Of a stretch of 64,000 bases of DNA, positions 27,269-38,856 are shown piece by piece. Both the position numbers and the translations under genes were made by a program. This DNA comes from a virus, in the IMG/VR virus record IMGVR_UViG_3300025168_000074, positions 4,084-68,083 of that record; one strand, written 5' to 3'. Numbering within the stretch: the first letter of the stretch is position 1; the number at the start of each line of letters is the position of its first letter. Under the pieces are notes generated by a model, which did not search any database, was not told the origin of the DNA, and saw only the letters and a list, made by a program, of their open reading frames with translations.

Positions 27269-27679
27269 ATGGTAAATTTCAATCTACAATATCAAAAAAC
27301 CGAAAATAGAACAGACATTCTAGGGTTATCATTCCCGATGCTACAGAACGGTATTGGAGGTGTGCTTACCCAAAGCGAAAACTTAGGGGCTTTACGGGAT
27401 GGTGTTATCCAATTAATCATGACATCAAGAGGCGCACGTGTCATGAGACCTGATTACGGTACTGACCTTAGAAAATCAGTTTTTGAGCCTATGGATACTA
27501 CAACAATCCAAACGTTGAGAGGTCAAATAACTCAAACTATCGCTACGTACGAACCTCGTGTTGTCGTACAGCAACTTAATATTATTCCTGATGAGAGTAG
27601 AAATTCCCTAACTGTAAGTTTGGTTCTCTCAACGAAGAATGACTTACTTACCACAACATCCGTGGCTTTAACAGTATAA
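27269..27679 (+). CDS. Baseplate wedge subunit (gp25-like)
   Basis: LIMTSRGARVMRPDYGTDL...FEP...IATYEPRV. Confidence 0.92.
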   Translation: MVNFNLQYQKTENRTDILGLSFPMLQNGIGGVLTQSENLGALRDGVIQLIMTSRGARVMRPDYGTDLRKSVFEPMDTTTIQTLRGQITQTIATYEPRVVVQQLNIIPDESRNSLTVSLVLSTKNDLLTTTSVALTV

Positions 27680-27680
27680 C

Positions 27681-29315
27681 ATGGCACAAGACTACTCTAA
27701 ATTTTTCCAAGGACTTTACAATACGTCCGGGTTTGATGGGACAATAGAATCTGATTTCTTAAAATTAGGGCAGATTCCTGATGACCGTAAGCCTGATTTG
27801 ATTGATTACAATCTTAACGGCTTTAACGATTACCGCGCAGCACTGCAGAACTACCTTAGGGCTGTATACCCACTGGACTACAATAACTTCGCAGCCTCCG
27901 ACCTAGGACAGATGCTGTTGGAAATGTTTGCTTATATGGGAACCACACTAACCTTACGTGCGGACATGACAGCTAATGAAATGTATATTGACACGGTTAA
28001 AGATAGAGGTAATCTTGGTCGACTTCTTGAGTTGATTGGGGTAGCCATGAAAGGACCTACTGCATCTAAAGCGACAGGTAAATTAACCTTACCTATTTCA
28101 TACCCAAACATCGACGCCGCTGGGGTCACCATAACAGAAAGCAATAGACAAATCCAAATTGTTAACCAAAGAACTGGCACTCCTCTTACCTACTCGATTA
28201 TGCGTCAACAACTCGACGGCACTTTAGATGTTTTTAGTAGAGATGTGGACATTCTTAAAACAGACTTCGTAGGGGATGCAGTTAGCGATGCGTACGCACC
28301 AAACCTTATGTTGTTGGAGGGAGTCACTCAATCACAAGTAGGAGCTTTTGGTCAAGACGCCAATCGCCAAACCATTAGGATAACTAACGGTCCCGTCATT
28401 GAAGGTAGTATCGGGGTATCATCCACCGAAAGCGGGGGTACTTATTACAACGAAATTTCTAATCTTTATGTAGCATCTGGAGGAAACACCCCTGTGTTTG
28501 AGAAAAAGTACAATCAAGATATGACAGCAACTCTGTTCTTTGGTGATGGGGTAAGAGGAAGACTGCCGTCTCCGGGAGCTAATTACATAGTTACATACCG
28601 TACAGGTGGTGGTGTTAATGGCGATATTGCCCGGGGTACCATAAACTCTCCTGTTTCTATAATAAATGGTGTGGACACCCTTGACGCTACCATCGAAAAT
28701 ACTACAAAAGGTTCGGGCGGTACAGCCGCTGAAACCGTAGCCCACGCAAAGCGCTACGCACCATACTTCTTCAGAACACAGTACCGCGCTGTGACGGGAG
28801 AAGATTACAACGCCTTAGCAAACTCCTTCGTAGGTGTTGCTGGAAAGACTGCCAAAGCAATGGCTTCTGTGCGTAAAAACGGCGCTGCCGCAAACGTTAT
28901 CGACCTTTTCGTCTTAGCCAAAGCCTCAGAAACACAACTCGAACGCGCATCTGTAGCTTATAAAAAGGAACTTCTAGATTATTTCCAGAACTATAAAATG
29001 CTTACCGATGATATTGTGGTGTCTGATGGAGTGATTAGAACATTAGATTTAGTTGCCTCTCTGTATATTGATACAAGCAACAGACGAAATGCAGATAACA
29101 TAAAACAAAAGGCTGCAAATGAGTTGTTAAGATACTTTAATGTAGATAACATGGAGTTTGGTCAAGTACTTTCTTTAGCAGACCTCAATAACTTTATGTT
29201 ACAAGTACCTGAAGTAAGATTCTTTAAGGTTAACAATATCGATTCCGATATATATTTAAATTTCAATGAAATTATCCAACTCAATAACTTTGAGTTTAGC
29301 GTAGAATTAGTTTAA
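27681..29315 (+). CDS. Baseplate wedge subunit (gp6/baseplate J-like)
   Basis: SDLGQMLLEMFAY, FGDGVRG, YRTGGG.NG, GGTAAET, RAVTGEDY. Confidence 0.92.
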   Translation: MAQDYSKFFQGLYNTSGFDGTIESDFLKLGQIPDDRKPDLIDYNLNGFNDYRAALQNYLRAVYPLDYNNFAASDLGQMLLEMFAYMGTTLTLRADMTANEMYIDTVKDRGNLGRLLELIGVAMKGPTASKATGKLTLPISYPNIDAAGVTITESNRQIQIVNQRTGTPLTYSIMRQQLDGTLDVFSRDVDILKTDFVGDAVSDAYAPNLMLLEGVTQSQVGAFGQDANRQTIRITNGPVIEGSIGVSSTESGGTYYNEISNLYVASGGNTPVFEKKYNQDMTATLFFGDGVRGRLPSPGANYIVTYRTGGGVNGDIARGTINSPVSIINGVDTLDATIENTTKGSGGTAAETVAHAKRYAPYFFRTQYRAVTGEDYNALANSFVGVAGKTAKAMASVRKNGAAANVIDLFVLAKASETQLERASVAYKKELLDYFQNYKMLTDDIVVSDGVIRTLDLVASLYIDTSNRRNADNIKQKAANELLRYFNVDNMEFGQVLSLADLNNFMLQVPEVRFFKVNNIDSDIYLNFNEIIQLNNFEFSVELV

Positions 29316-32300
29316 TGGCATCAGACAGTGGACCAGAGCAACAGCATTTTAAAGCGAATTACATAGAAGTAATTAAGCGCATAATTCCTGAATTTTATGA
29401 CGAGACTGAATATAAACTTTTCGGAGAAGAAGAGGATTTACAGTACAATGTACTAGCTAAACTCCTGTATACTGCGAAAAATATGTCGTCTCTTATCGAC
29501 ATACCCGTGTCGTCTGTCCAGTTTGGTGGGTCCGCAGGCGCGTCTTACTCCAGCGTACGCTTTGTACCCTACTTCGTTCCTTTTAATAAGATAAGTAGAG
29601 TTTCTCCTTATGATTACGAACGTCATGTAATGAATCCATTAGGAAAGTCTCTTAGAGACTTCACGAATGTAAATGATTTTAGTTCTTTTATAATTACGTC
29701 TGCGTTACCACACACCCAATTAAACTATGTAACCGAAAGATTTGTTTCTGGGTATAGCGCGACAGTAGACGAATCCGTCTCATCTGTCTCCTCAGTACAA
29801 AACGCACTACTAGAGAATTTAGGGTGGACTTACATGCTGAACACTAGTGGTAAGGTAGTAGACAGTAACTCCCTTGCACCCAGCTCTTTACTTTTAAGCA
29901 GTATAACAAACGAGCTCTACTTAGGAAAACAGCTAACCGAGGCAACCGGCGTTTCCATTATAATGAAATGGCTTCTCCGGAACTGTTTGGGTGGAGGTTC
30001 TGAATGGACCCAAATAAGACAGAATTATTTAGGACCCCCTTTTAACGCGCTCTCGTCTACATACTCCAACAATTACTACGCATCGGGCGCACAACTAGTA
30101 AGTGCCTTAGATACAATGGTTAATGTGTGGGTAAATGAAGACGACCCTAACTCCTTATACTTTAAGGATATTGTAAACGCATCTCTACTTGGTCTTGACG
30201 TAAGGCGAATGGAGAACGCTGGTCCTATGGGTAAGATGTTGAAGGCTTTAGCCTATGGATTTTATGATGTTAAAGATACCATTCGCGACGTACAGTTCTT
30301 GTTGGATATTGACGAATGCCCTGAAGAATTTTTACAATACCTAGGACGTTACTTGGGGTGGACATTCTTTTCCGAAGACCCCGCTAAATGGAGAGAGCAG
30401 CTTAAACAAGCGATATATCTGTACAAAGCAAAAGGAACACGACAGGCTTTAACCCAAGCTGTTCAAATGGTAATTCCTTCGGGTCTCTGGGATGCTAACA
30501 ACGCAACCTCCGGTATCCAGGAGCTTTACGAGTCTTACGTACCTAACCTAATTTATTATGTTATTAAAACCGAAACCGATTTTGGAAGTAATCCTGAATC
30601 ATACGGTAAGCTACTTAGGTCATGGAATAGGTCATTAGCAGCTTCAGGCGTTAATATGCAGATGGTAAATTTCGATACGAATGACCCTGATAATAACGCT
30701 AGATTCCTTACAGATTACATACTTCAATATTTAAATGAGAAGCACGACTTTATTAGATTCCATTCTAAGAGTTTTAAAGATTCGGATATTATAAACACCC
30801 AAGTAAGTGCTGGTGTAAAATTTCCTGGCTTCTTTCATCGTGGAAGAAAAATACCAGTCCCTCCTTTCGAGGAACATCGTTTCTATCAAAATACTTTAAT
30901 AGATGCGCCTGTACTGCGTGACCTGTCCGCGTTGATGATTCGCCCTGTCCAAAACTTAGGTCTTAATGTGTCGTCTACAGCAGCAGCAAGCCTCTCTCGA
31001 TATATAACAAATGAAACGGAGTTAAAAGGCGGTAACATGTTTAATATGCCTGCCATGGGCGCAAACCTAACGTTTAAGTTTATGACGTCCGGGCTCGAGC
31101 TTCCATATAACTATCAAAGAATTATTAGGAAAGGAGAGTTAGAAAATATGTCATTGTTTGATTTGTGGAACTCAAAAGCTTCCACCGTCAACAGTAAATT
31201 CCTAGCTTCATCTATCGACTGGAACGTAGATGATTTTCACAATTTAGCAGAGACCAAATTAGGTAATCAAGCATTACCCTCGATTATAGATATCTTCCGT
31301 CAGTTTAGCCCTTTTCACGTATTAAATAAAATATACGCCGGGTTTGAGCAGGAAGACATATACCCTATGTGGTCAGGAATTGCAGATAACTCGGAGATAG
31401 AGATTATCCAAACCCTACAAACCGATGCGGACCAATGGAACAGCAGTTTCGTTACCTCTTCGTTCCCAGGAACCATAGGTACTGGAGTCTTCTCCGGGAT
31501 ATTTCCTAATATAACAAACCCTCAACATGGCAGATGGGTTCCATCTGCAACACTGTACACCTCCCCATATTTTTGGAGCGGTGGTGGTGATGGTACAGAG
31601 AATAATCTACCGATTGGGTATAAACAAGTTGGTAATGCCCCTCGAAGCGCAGGGCGACGTAGAAGCAATCAGTACAAATTTACTGGGTGGGCTTACACAA
31701 GACGAGGTCTAAACCAACCTATTAACACTGATTTATTTACCTTTAGTGGTACGGATGCTGCAAGAGGTTTGTATGCGTCTGGTTTCATGCCAAAAGGATT
31801 TAATTTTTCTTCTCAAAATTTTGTAACTGCAAGCGGAAGCTTATCCTCCGTTTACTCTTACTACGATTCAAGTGGAGACATCCCATCCTTCCCAGGTTAC
31901 GGCGGGAATACTATTAAAGGGTACTTTCCAGCACGAGCTATTCCCGATGAGGAGCTAAATGTTTCTGGGTGGAATACCTTAAGGGCAACCTTCGGTTCCC
32001 AAATACTTCACACCTTAGCAGATATATTTGCACGACGTGGTGCGGAAGACAACAGGTGGCAGCTGCAGACCGAAGAAAGTTATATTAACTTTAAGTGGGG
32101 TAACGGGATGATGTTATTGCATAACGCATTAAACGATATTTTCGGGGGTCAATTACGAAATGTTGTGTCTGTAGGCACTCAGCAGGTAGGGGACAAATAT
32201 TCAGGAGGGTTCAATTTAATCTCTCACATATTTGGTCCTATACTCTTTAACCACTCTTTTAATATACCTGGAAGTATTATAGCTAATTTAGGTAAAGCAG

Positions 32301-34150
32301 CATTTCCATCCATCGATGGTACGGCTGTATCTGCAGGATACACTTCTTGGAGCGCCTTAGCTACAACACCAGCAGTTACCGAGGACCCTATCTTCATTAC
32401 GGCTGGCGGAAACCGCCGCATATTAGAGACCGGTATTTTGCAGGCTAATGCGTACAATACCTACAGACATCCGTTAGACCTTTTTGAAGCTCCGAACACA
32501 GAGTATTTTTCAAACGGAGTACTTTTATCGGGAATTGATACTGTAGCACCTAACGTAAACTCGTTAGCTGTCTACAATTCTAAAACCAGTACAAGTTACA
32601 ATGCAGACAAACTAGGACCTTCGGGAATAACTTTAATCCAGAGACATACCACGACTAACCCACGCGAAACTGTTAGAGTTCGTTATCCGTTGGATGGTAA
32701 TATGAATTACTCCTATAACGGTCGTTTTAAATTTCCCCCTAGGGATGAAGCCACACTTAGCAGAAGTTTATCTTCTATAGCAGCTTGGGGTTTAATCGAC
32801 CAATATAGAGCCTCTGGTATTTCTGCACAACTAATTGCTGATACTAGCATTGATTTAAATGCCTCCACTACATTAATTGAAACTAATGCGAGCGCCCTTA
32901 ATTTTGTTAAACTTAGTTGTAGCGGAGGAGGTAAACTATCTACAAGCAGTATTCTTGGGTTTATTAATAACCCGTCCCTAGCAACACGGGTTAACACTGG
33001 GAGCAGATATACCCCTGCTAACCTGCGGTATTTGGAACCAGGCAGAACATACTCTATTACTTTAGATGCCTCCTCAAACAGCTTAGGAACCCCTTTGCTT
33101 ACGTACAGCGTACTTAACCGTGGAAGCGGGGGTCAATGGAAACAAATTTTGGCTGATGGAACAGGAGGAACTTGGATAAACACAACAACCGATTTGTCCG
33201 GAAACCAAGTAAACCCATTATTCAGCAGTACTGAAGATTCAGGAAAAGATTGGAAAACTTATAGCGGAACTGTTACTGTTTCGTCGACATTCCAGAAATC
33301 GGACAACCATCAACTTTGGATAACACCTATGCAAAAGGGGACTCAAACGCAGAAAGTTACTTTTGGAATCCGTGACGTGCAGTTCAAAGAGATGTCCCCT
33401 CCGAGCCTAACCCCTAAAAGTAATGGAGTGGTGGGAAATAAATTATTACCTAACTCCAACTACCTATTGAAGTTACGTGCGCAGGTAGCGCAGTTAGCTG
33501 CTGAAACGCCAGTAGATGAAAAAGTATTTATTCGGCTTGTTGTAGAGCAAAAACCTTTCCTTGGAAATGGTTACGAAGACTTTTTATGTCGTTCATGGGC
33601 TTTCAATTGGAATAATCGCAGATGGGCTGTAGCAAAAGAGATGACTCCTCAAGAAGAGTGGTTACAAGTCCCTTTAACAGCGATACGTCTTAATGCAAGC
33701 GGGTACCAAACAGAAGAGGATGAAACTTTCGAAATACAGTTTAACACCCAAAACAGTAGAACCCCCTTATCTTATCGCTCTTTATCTGTTCAAGGACCTA
33801 TGAACGGATACTTCGCCTCCGCAGGTCCTGTACACGACGACCAGTCTGTTTACTATTTAGAGGTAGCAAAACCTATGCGTACCGGAGAATATAATGGAGT
33901 AACAATAAAAAGTATTAGTTTAGTAAATGAGCTCTATAATAAATATGCGGATGATTTACAGAAACCAGAGTTTTGGGGAGCATTCCAATTCTTCGATAGA
34001 TTAGGAAACAGTAAATCTTCAAGAGACGCTAGAGATTCTTCTGGTACTTATCATACTTCTGGAGGTTCAAGAAGCGAGTACTTGGAATACTGGGGAGGCA
34101 GTCACTCTGCAACGGACGGAATCTACGGGTTCAGAGACCAACAACATTAA
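29315..34150 (+). CDS. Large baseplate wedge protein (gp7/P2 gpI-like domain with long extension)
   Basis: DIDECPEEFLQYLGRYLGW...R..LK.A..LYKAKGT motif; follows gp6-like gene with TAATG coupling. Confidence 0.75.
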   Translation: MASDSGPEQQHFKANYIEVIKRIIPEFYDETEYKLFGEEEDLQYNVLAKLLYTAKNMSSLIDIPVSSVQFGGSAGASYSSVRFVPYFVPFNKISRVSPYDYERHVMNPLGKSLRDFTNVNDFSSFIITSALPHTQLNYVTERFVSGYSATVDESVSSVSSVQNALLENLGWTYMLNTSGKVVDSNSLAPSSLLLSSITNELYLGKQLTEATGVSIIMKWLLRNCLGGGSEWTQIRQNYLGPPFNALSSTYSNNYYASGAQLVSALDTMVNVWVNEDDPNSLYFKDIVNASLLGLDVRRMENAGPMGKMLKALAYGFYDVKDTIRDVQFLLDIDECPEEFLQYLGRYLGWTFFSEDPAKWREQLKQAIYLYKAKGTRQALTQAVQMVIPSGLWDANNATSGIQELYESYVPNLIYYVIKTETDFGSNPESYGKLLRSWNRSLAASGVNMQMVNFDTNDPDNNARFLTDYILQYLNEKHDFIRFHSKSFKDSDIINTQVSAGVKFPGFFHRGRKIPVPPFEEHRFYQNTLIDAPVLRDLSALMIRPVQNLGLNVSSTAAASLSRYITNETELKGGNMFNMPAMGANLTFKFMTSGLELPYNYQRIIRKGELENMSLFDLWNSKASTVNSKFLASSIDWNVDDFHNLAETKLGNQALPSIIDIFRQFSPFHVLNKIYAGFEQEDIYPMWSGIADNSEIEIIQTLQTDADQWNSSFVTSSFPGTIGTGVFSGIFPNITNPQHGRWVPSATLYTSPYFWSGGGDGTENNLPIGYKQVGNAPRSAGRRRSNQYKFTGWAYTRRGLNQPINTDLFTFSGTDAARGLYASGFMPKGFNFSSQNFVTASGSLSSVYSYYDSSGDIPSFPGYGGNTIKGYFPARAIPDEELNVSGWNTLRATFGSQILHTLADIFARRGAEDNRWQLQTEESYINFKWGNGMMLLHNALNDIFGGQLRNVVSVGTQQVGDKYSGGFNLISHIFGPILFNHSFNIPGSIIANLGKAAFPSIDGTAVSAGYTSWSALATTPAVTEDPIFITAGGNRRILETGILQANAYNTYRHPLDLFEAPNTEYFSNGVLLSGIDTVAPNVNSLAVYNSKTSTSYNADKLGPSGITLIQRHTTTNPRETVRVRYPLDGNMNYSYNGRFKFPPRDEATLSRSLSSIAAWGLIDQYRASGISAQLIADTSIDLNASTTLIETNASALNFVKLSCSGGGKLSTSSILGFINNPSLATRVNTGSRYTPANLRYLEPGRTYSITLDASSNSLGTPLLTYSVLNRGSGGQWKQILADGTGGTWINTTTDLSGNQVNPLFSSTEDSGKDWKTYSGTVTVSSTFQKSDNHQLWITPMQKGTQTQKVTFGIRDVQFKEMSPPSLTPKSNGVVGNKLLPNSNYLLKLRAQVAQLAAETPVDEKVFIRLVVEQKPFLGNGYEDFLCRSWAFNWNNRRWAVAKEMTPQEEWLQVPLTAIRLNASGYQTEEDETFEIQFNTQNSRTPLSYRSLSVQGPMNGYFASAGPVHDDQSVYYLEVAKPMRTGEYNGVTIKSISLVNELYNKYADDLQKPEFWGAFQFFDRLGNSKSSRDARDSSGTYHTSGGSRSEYLEYWGGSHSATDGIYGFRDQQH

Positions 34151-34152
34151 TA

Positions 34153-37100
34153 ATGATTAAAGGCAATATAGAAATAATTCAAAGCTGCGGCGATAAAAAT
34201 ACCACCTTGTTTAAAGGTAGTAACATGGTTACTGATGGTGTAAGAAAATCTATAGCTGACGTAATGACCTATATGCCAAACCCTTTTGGTGGAAGTGCAA
34301 TGGAGGTAGGTACAAGCTCAGTCTCTAGCTATCAAATACAGGCGATGAGTTTAGGGAGTGCTGAGTATTACTACAACGCAAGAAACTCTCGTTTCTGGTT
34401 TAGTTCTATGGAGCAGTCTGGAGTAAGGTTTCAATACCTCACCCCAAATAAAAATAATCACTTTGAAATGCTCGACTGCTACTCCTCTATTGGAAACAGT
34501 CAGTGGATGTCGAAGCAATCCCATGAAGCTAATTTAATTAAAGATAGTACGTTGGAGGACTTCTCAGAGTGGAATTTCCGACAAGACGACCCACCGAACC
34601 CAGCCAAAGACCCTATTTCCAGAATAACTACCCCTTTCGCAGAAGGTACGAAGGAGGTTACCCGATTTGAGGTTAGGCAAGGACAAGTACATACTATAAT
34701 TTCTCAGCAAGTAGACATGAGTTTAGGAGAAGTTTATCACGTCCTTACTCACGGTAAGGCGTACGAAGCTACCTTTGATGTACGTATAGCCAGAGGACGT
34801 CTAGGTCAGATTTATGAGTACTACGATTTTACTCAAGACCAGTTTGTTTTATTTGCCGACGCAGAAAAGACAACTAGAAAACAGATTAAACTTCCGGACA
34901 ATTACGGAGTCGACAGCTTTCGTTTTAAACTTGAAGGGCATGCTCGAATGGAGGACTTCAATCAGAACGGACAGTACTTTATTGAGTACAGTTTCCCTGC
35001 TTTAGAATATAAGGATTGGACGTTTGCTCCATGGGAAACTAATTACGTAAATCCTTATATTGATATTATAAAATTAGAATTATTGAGTGATAGTAGTTAC
35101 ATACTAGAAAACCCTAATTTCTTGAAGCATCAAAGTCGTCTATTAAACAGCGATTTTAATCATACTTATGATTTGGTTTCTCCATACTCGGAAGTAAATA
35201 ATGCAGTTAAGGCTCGTGAACGAGGCTTGGTAGGAATAATAGGATGGAGCCAAGTAAATCCGTTAGCTAAGTTTTCCGATAACCCTACCTTTAAGGAAAG
35301 TGCTTCTGGCTTAGGTTATGTACAACCGCTAACAGAGGGACTTCAACAAAATAAAGTTTTTTCTTCCGTTTACAATGGAGTTCTGCTACACGCCTCTTCC
35401 GCCGATTTAGCATCGAGCGGAGCTGCATCGATATCCCAAATATTCCTCCCTCCTTACACTGACCGCAACCTGTTTGCTTTTATGAATGAGAGTGACACTG
35501 CACCTAATAATTTAGGTAAAGGTGTACGGGGACAAGAAGATAATAACGCCACTTATATGCTTTACTTTAACGGCATGGTGTCAGGAGAAGCTACAGCTGC
35601 AAACTGCGGACACATTGAGGCTACTTTAAAAGATACTCAAGGAAACTCTTACGCGTTTTACCCAGACCCAATCACTGGAGTATGTGATAAGTTTCAAGAT
35701 GGTGGAATATCTAAAAAGTTTACTTTCGATACTAAAAATACATGGCTTCAATTCAGTGTACCGGTAACTCTCCCCCCTTCTGTAAATGGAGAAGGTTATA
35801 CGTTAGAGATAAAAGCAAGCGGGAGAACCGACACTAATGGTTTCTGTTTTTACGCTCTAAAAGATTTAAGTTTTGGTCCTTTAGGGGAGTGGAGGGTTTA
35901 CTCCTACAACAAAGGCGATGAGGGCACCGATTATGCAACTCGTTATTCAAACTGGGCATTAAGTTCAGGTTCTTGGTCCCGAGTTACATCCGGAGCAATA
36001 TTCTCCTCGTTAAGCTTTAGTTCCCAGAAGTACGACCCTACTTCAATAGAAGCCGAACAAATACGTAACTCAATCTATAACCCTACTACTTCTGAGGAAG
36101 TTATGCCCGTTAATCAATTAGTGCAAAATATAGTTGGTTTAGAACCGACCAAGTCATATAGACTTTCTTTAAAGGGAAGTACGAAAGATGCTACTGACCC
36201 TGCGTTTGTTGCTGTACTCAAAGCAAAATCTAGAGGGGAGAAAGAACTAAGACTTCACGATTCCTATAACGTATTCGGAAGTTACTTCACCCCCAACCCT
36301 GCTACTGAACAGCAAAATGGCACTATCAACCCGGCGACCATCAATACTACGCTCCCAGGAAACTTTTCCCCGTATTACAACAATACTTTTGGGCAAAATG
36401 GCTCTACGGTAATACGACGTTCCTTCCCTACTTTTTCTTACCCAATTGCAAATCAAAACGCGCAAGCTACTGATTGGGGCGTAGAGGTAGGTGATACGAC
36501 AGCCGCCAATGTAGGGCAGACATTCGTCCCCGTGAATCGAGGTAACTACACCCTTTCTATGGATATTACCAGTGAAGAGCAAAACGACTTAGGTAAAGGC
36601 AGTCATTTCATACTAAGTGCAATAGCTGACACAAGCAACTTCAAATTGTATTGGAATTGGAGTGCAGGTAACTTCGAACGACCTAGTCATCCGGACGGGC
36701 GAGTAGGAGATTCTTTTTTTAATGGGCATGGGTATAACCGCGAACTATCCTCGCTTTACATGCTTCCGTTACCATCTTCTCAAAATAAATATACTTCTTT
36801 TAAGCATGATAAACTTATTAGAGTGAATGATGGTGCTGGGATAGCTGTAAATACTGAACGCTTGGACAATATAGAAGATGGTCCGTTGGTTGGTCGGTAC
36901 CGCATAGGAGCCCTTTTAATGGGTCCAAGACCAGCGACAACCCAAACGGGAACGGGGCAGTATGGCGGAAAGGCTATGATTAAAAATCTAAGTCTTCGTG
37001 GACCTTCCCTTAACCCTGGAATATCCCCTTCTATTGAGAAGTACTATGATTTCGACGCACAAACATGGGGAGCAAATTACAAATACGTTAAACTTGAAGT

Positions 37101-38856
37101 TAATAGTAGCCGAGCCACTACTCCCCGTAGTTTTATAGCCACCACTCCCCAAATGATATCTAATATGGCAGTCAATGGTTTGGACCGCGATACACAGTAT
37201 CAACTAAATATTATGGATGCGTCTGGCGGGGAGTATACGTTATACGACGTTGCCATTAACGACTCAGCTTTGGTAGCCAATACAGGGAATGATTTGTGGC
37301 AAAGAGATGCAGGAATATTCACAAGCGAGCCGTACGCAGATAATCACATCACCAAATACAGTGATGGTACTGTAATAAAACCTCTTAACAACGGGATACT
37401 TAGCAATCTAGACTCACCTGCAGATTGGGGTACATCCTATGGGTATCAGCAATGGGAAGCAAACGCATTCACTCCCGCAGGTGTTGTTCAGAACAGTACA
37501 GTACCTAATACCGCTGTAGTTCCAACCCTTGGCGTTTCCGGATTCAACTCTACTACCCATAGACCACAAGTCATTAGTAATTTTATTTTACAGGATTACA
37601 ATATTTCTGCATCGGAGTACATGGCTGTAGGGTGGGATACAAATGTAACCCAACTTGGTCCTGCTACAATCCCGACAGCAGAGATGAGGTTGTACGCGAT
37701 GTACAACGGGAATAAATACACGTACAATTTTGGCGCACAGAATTGGGATTCTATCCGAAGCCAGGCACAGATTAACGCTCAAGGAGCTACTTGGGTAAGT
37801 TCAATACAGCTTGCGGCTTCCTCAAGCGATGATGCTTCATGGGGATGGGGAGACGTAAGCGCAACTAATGATGTTATTAATTACACTCACTTCCTTTCTC
37901 CTGTGTTTAAGGCTCCAACTTTTGGACCTACTACAAAGATAATTGCAGCGCTGGAGTTTCAAGGGAAGTTAGCAGATGACGAGACAATAAACATTAAGTC
38001 GTTCAAAACGTACTCGTGGAAAGAGCAGGTCCACGACACTTTCAGAGTATCCGGAGAGACGTTCGCTTTCCCTGAATTTCCTCAACCTAGTGACCACACA
38101 TTACAATCTGCAACCCCTGCAAATTCTCCGGGTGAGCTAGGTCAGTTCCTTAACCACATTAATTACTTTGATTATAGTTCAATAATATACGCTGACGGCG
38201 TTAGCTCTACTCTAGAAATAAATAATCCTATGGCTCCCTCTCCTACAGGGGAGTTGAGTTTAGAGGACGCAATTACCATGGGAGCATATCTCCCATCAGC
38301 AGGACTCTTCTTTGGGTCGGGTACATTCGGTACACGTAACCAAGACGTAGAATCAGGTAAAGGTTTAGCGTCCAGTGGAATGGGTCTTGTGTCGGGAACA
38401 CTTAACCAAATGGGTGTTGTAAATAGTGATGGTTATATTTATAAGCATCCACATACCCCTACTAATATTCATGATGCAAGTGCCGGTTTTATAGCATCTT
38501 CCTTTACTCTCCCAGCAGCAACGACTTACGCACATAAAACTATAAGATATGTTTTAAAGCTTACTAAAGATGACTGGCATTTCTTAGATTACTACATGGG
38601 CGGAATCGGAGCAATGGGTCTACACACCATTGATTACAAAAAAACATATGAAAAATTAAATACGGCTTACCAAATAAGTGGTACAGGAGTTTCATATTCA
38701 CAAGGTTCTCGGGCAGGACTATATAATGTAGATAACCCTGATAAAAACCCTGTGTTCAATCTAAGTAATAAAAAAGTTATGTTTCCTCCGGGACTACAAA
38801 TTGATTGGAATAATACAGATTATATTACTATAATATGGGATACAACCTTTGTCTAA
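34153..38856 (+). CDS. Large baseplate/tail fibre-associated structural protein
   Basis: 1567 aa, beta-rich; termini resemble the 198 aa neighbour. Confidence 0.65.
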   Translation: MIKGNIEIIQSCGDKNTTLFKGSNMVTDGVRKSIADVMTYMPNPFGGSAMEVGTSSVSSYQIQAMSLGSAEYYYNARNSRFWFSSMEQSGVRFQYLTPNKNNHFEMLDCYSSIGNSQWMSKQSHEANLIKDSTLEDFSEWNFRQDDPPNPAKDPISRITTPFAEGTKEVTRFEVRQGQVHTIISQQVDMSLGEVYHVLTHGKAYEATFDVRIARGRLGQIYEYYDFTQDQFVLFADAEKTTRKQIKLPDNYGVDSFRFKLEGHARMEDFNQNGQYFIEYSFPALEYKDWTFAPWETNYVNPYIDIIKLELLSDSSYILENPNFLKHQSRLLNSDFNHTYDLVSPYSEVNNAVKARERGLVGIIGWSQVNPLAKFSDNPTFKESASGLGYVQPLTEGLQQNKVFSSVYNGVLLHASSADLASSGAASISQIFLPPYTDRNLFAFMNESDTAPNNLGKGVRGQEDNNATYMLYFNGMVSGEATAANCGHIEATLKDTQGNSYAFYPDPITGVCDKFQDGGISKKFTFDTKNTWLQFSVPVTLPPSVNGEGYTLEIKASGRTDTNGFCFYALKDLSFGPLGEWRVYSYNKGDEGTDYATRYSNWALSSGSWSRVTSGAIFSSLSFSSQKYDPTSIEAEQIRNSIYNPTTSEEVMPVNQLVQNIVGLEPTKSYRLSLKGSTKDATDPAFVAVLKAKSRGEKELRLHDSYNVFGSYFTPNPATEQQNGTINPATINTTLPGNFSPYYNNTFGQNGSTVIRRSFPTFSYPIANQNAQATDWGVEVGDTTAANVGQTFVPVNRGNYTLSMDITSEEQNDLGKGSHFILSAIADTSNFKLYWNWSAGNFERPSHPDGRVGDSFFNGHGYNRELSSLYMLPLPSSQNKYTSFKHDKLIRVNDGAGIAVNTERLDNIEDGPLVGRYRIGALLMGPRPATTQTGTGQYGGKAMIKNLSLRGPSLNPGISPSIEKYYDFDAQTWGANYKYVKLEVNSSRATTPRSFIATTPQMISNMAVNGLDRDTQYQLNIMDASGGEYTLYDVAINDSALVANTGNDLWQRDAGIFTSEPYADNHITKYSDGTVIKPLNNGILSNLDSPADWGTSYGYQQWEANAFTPAGVVQNSTVPNTAVVPTLGVSGFNSTTHRPQVISNFILQDYNISASEYMAVGWDTNVTQLGPATIPTAEMRLYAMYNGNKYTYNFGAQNWDSIRSQAQINAQGATWVSSIQLAASSSDDASWGWGDVSATNDVINYTHFLSPVFKAPTFGPTTKIIAALEFQGKLADDETINIKSFKTYSWKEQVHDTFRVSGETFAFPEFPQPSDHTLQSATPANSPGELGQFLNHINYFDYSSIIYADGVSSTLEINNPMAPSPTGELSLEDAITMGAYLPSAGLFFGSGTFGTRNQDVESGKGLASSGMGLVSGTLNQMGVVNSDGYIYKHPHTPTNIHDASAGFIASSFTLPAATTYAHKTIRYVLKLTKDDWHFLDYYMGGIGAMGLHTIDYKKTYEKLNTAYQISGTGVSYSQGSRAGLYNVDNPDKNPVFNLSNKKVMFPPGLQIDWNNTDYITIIWDTTFV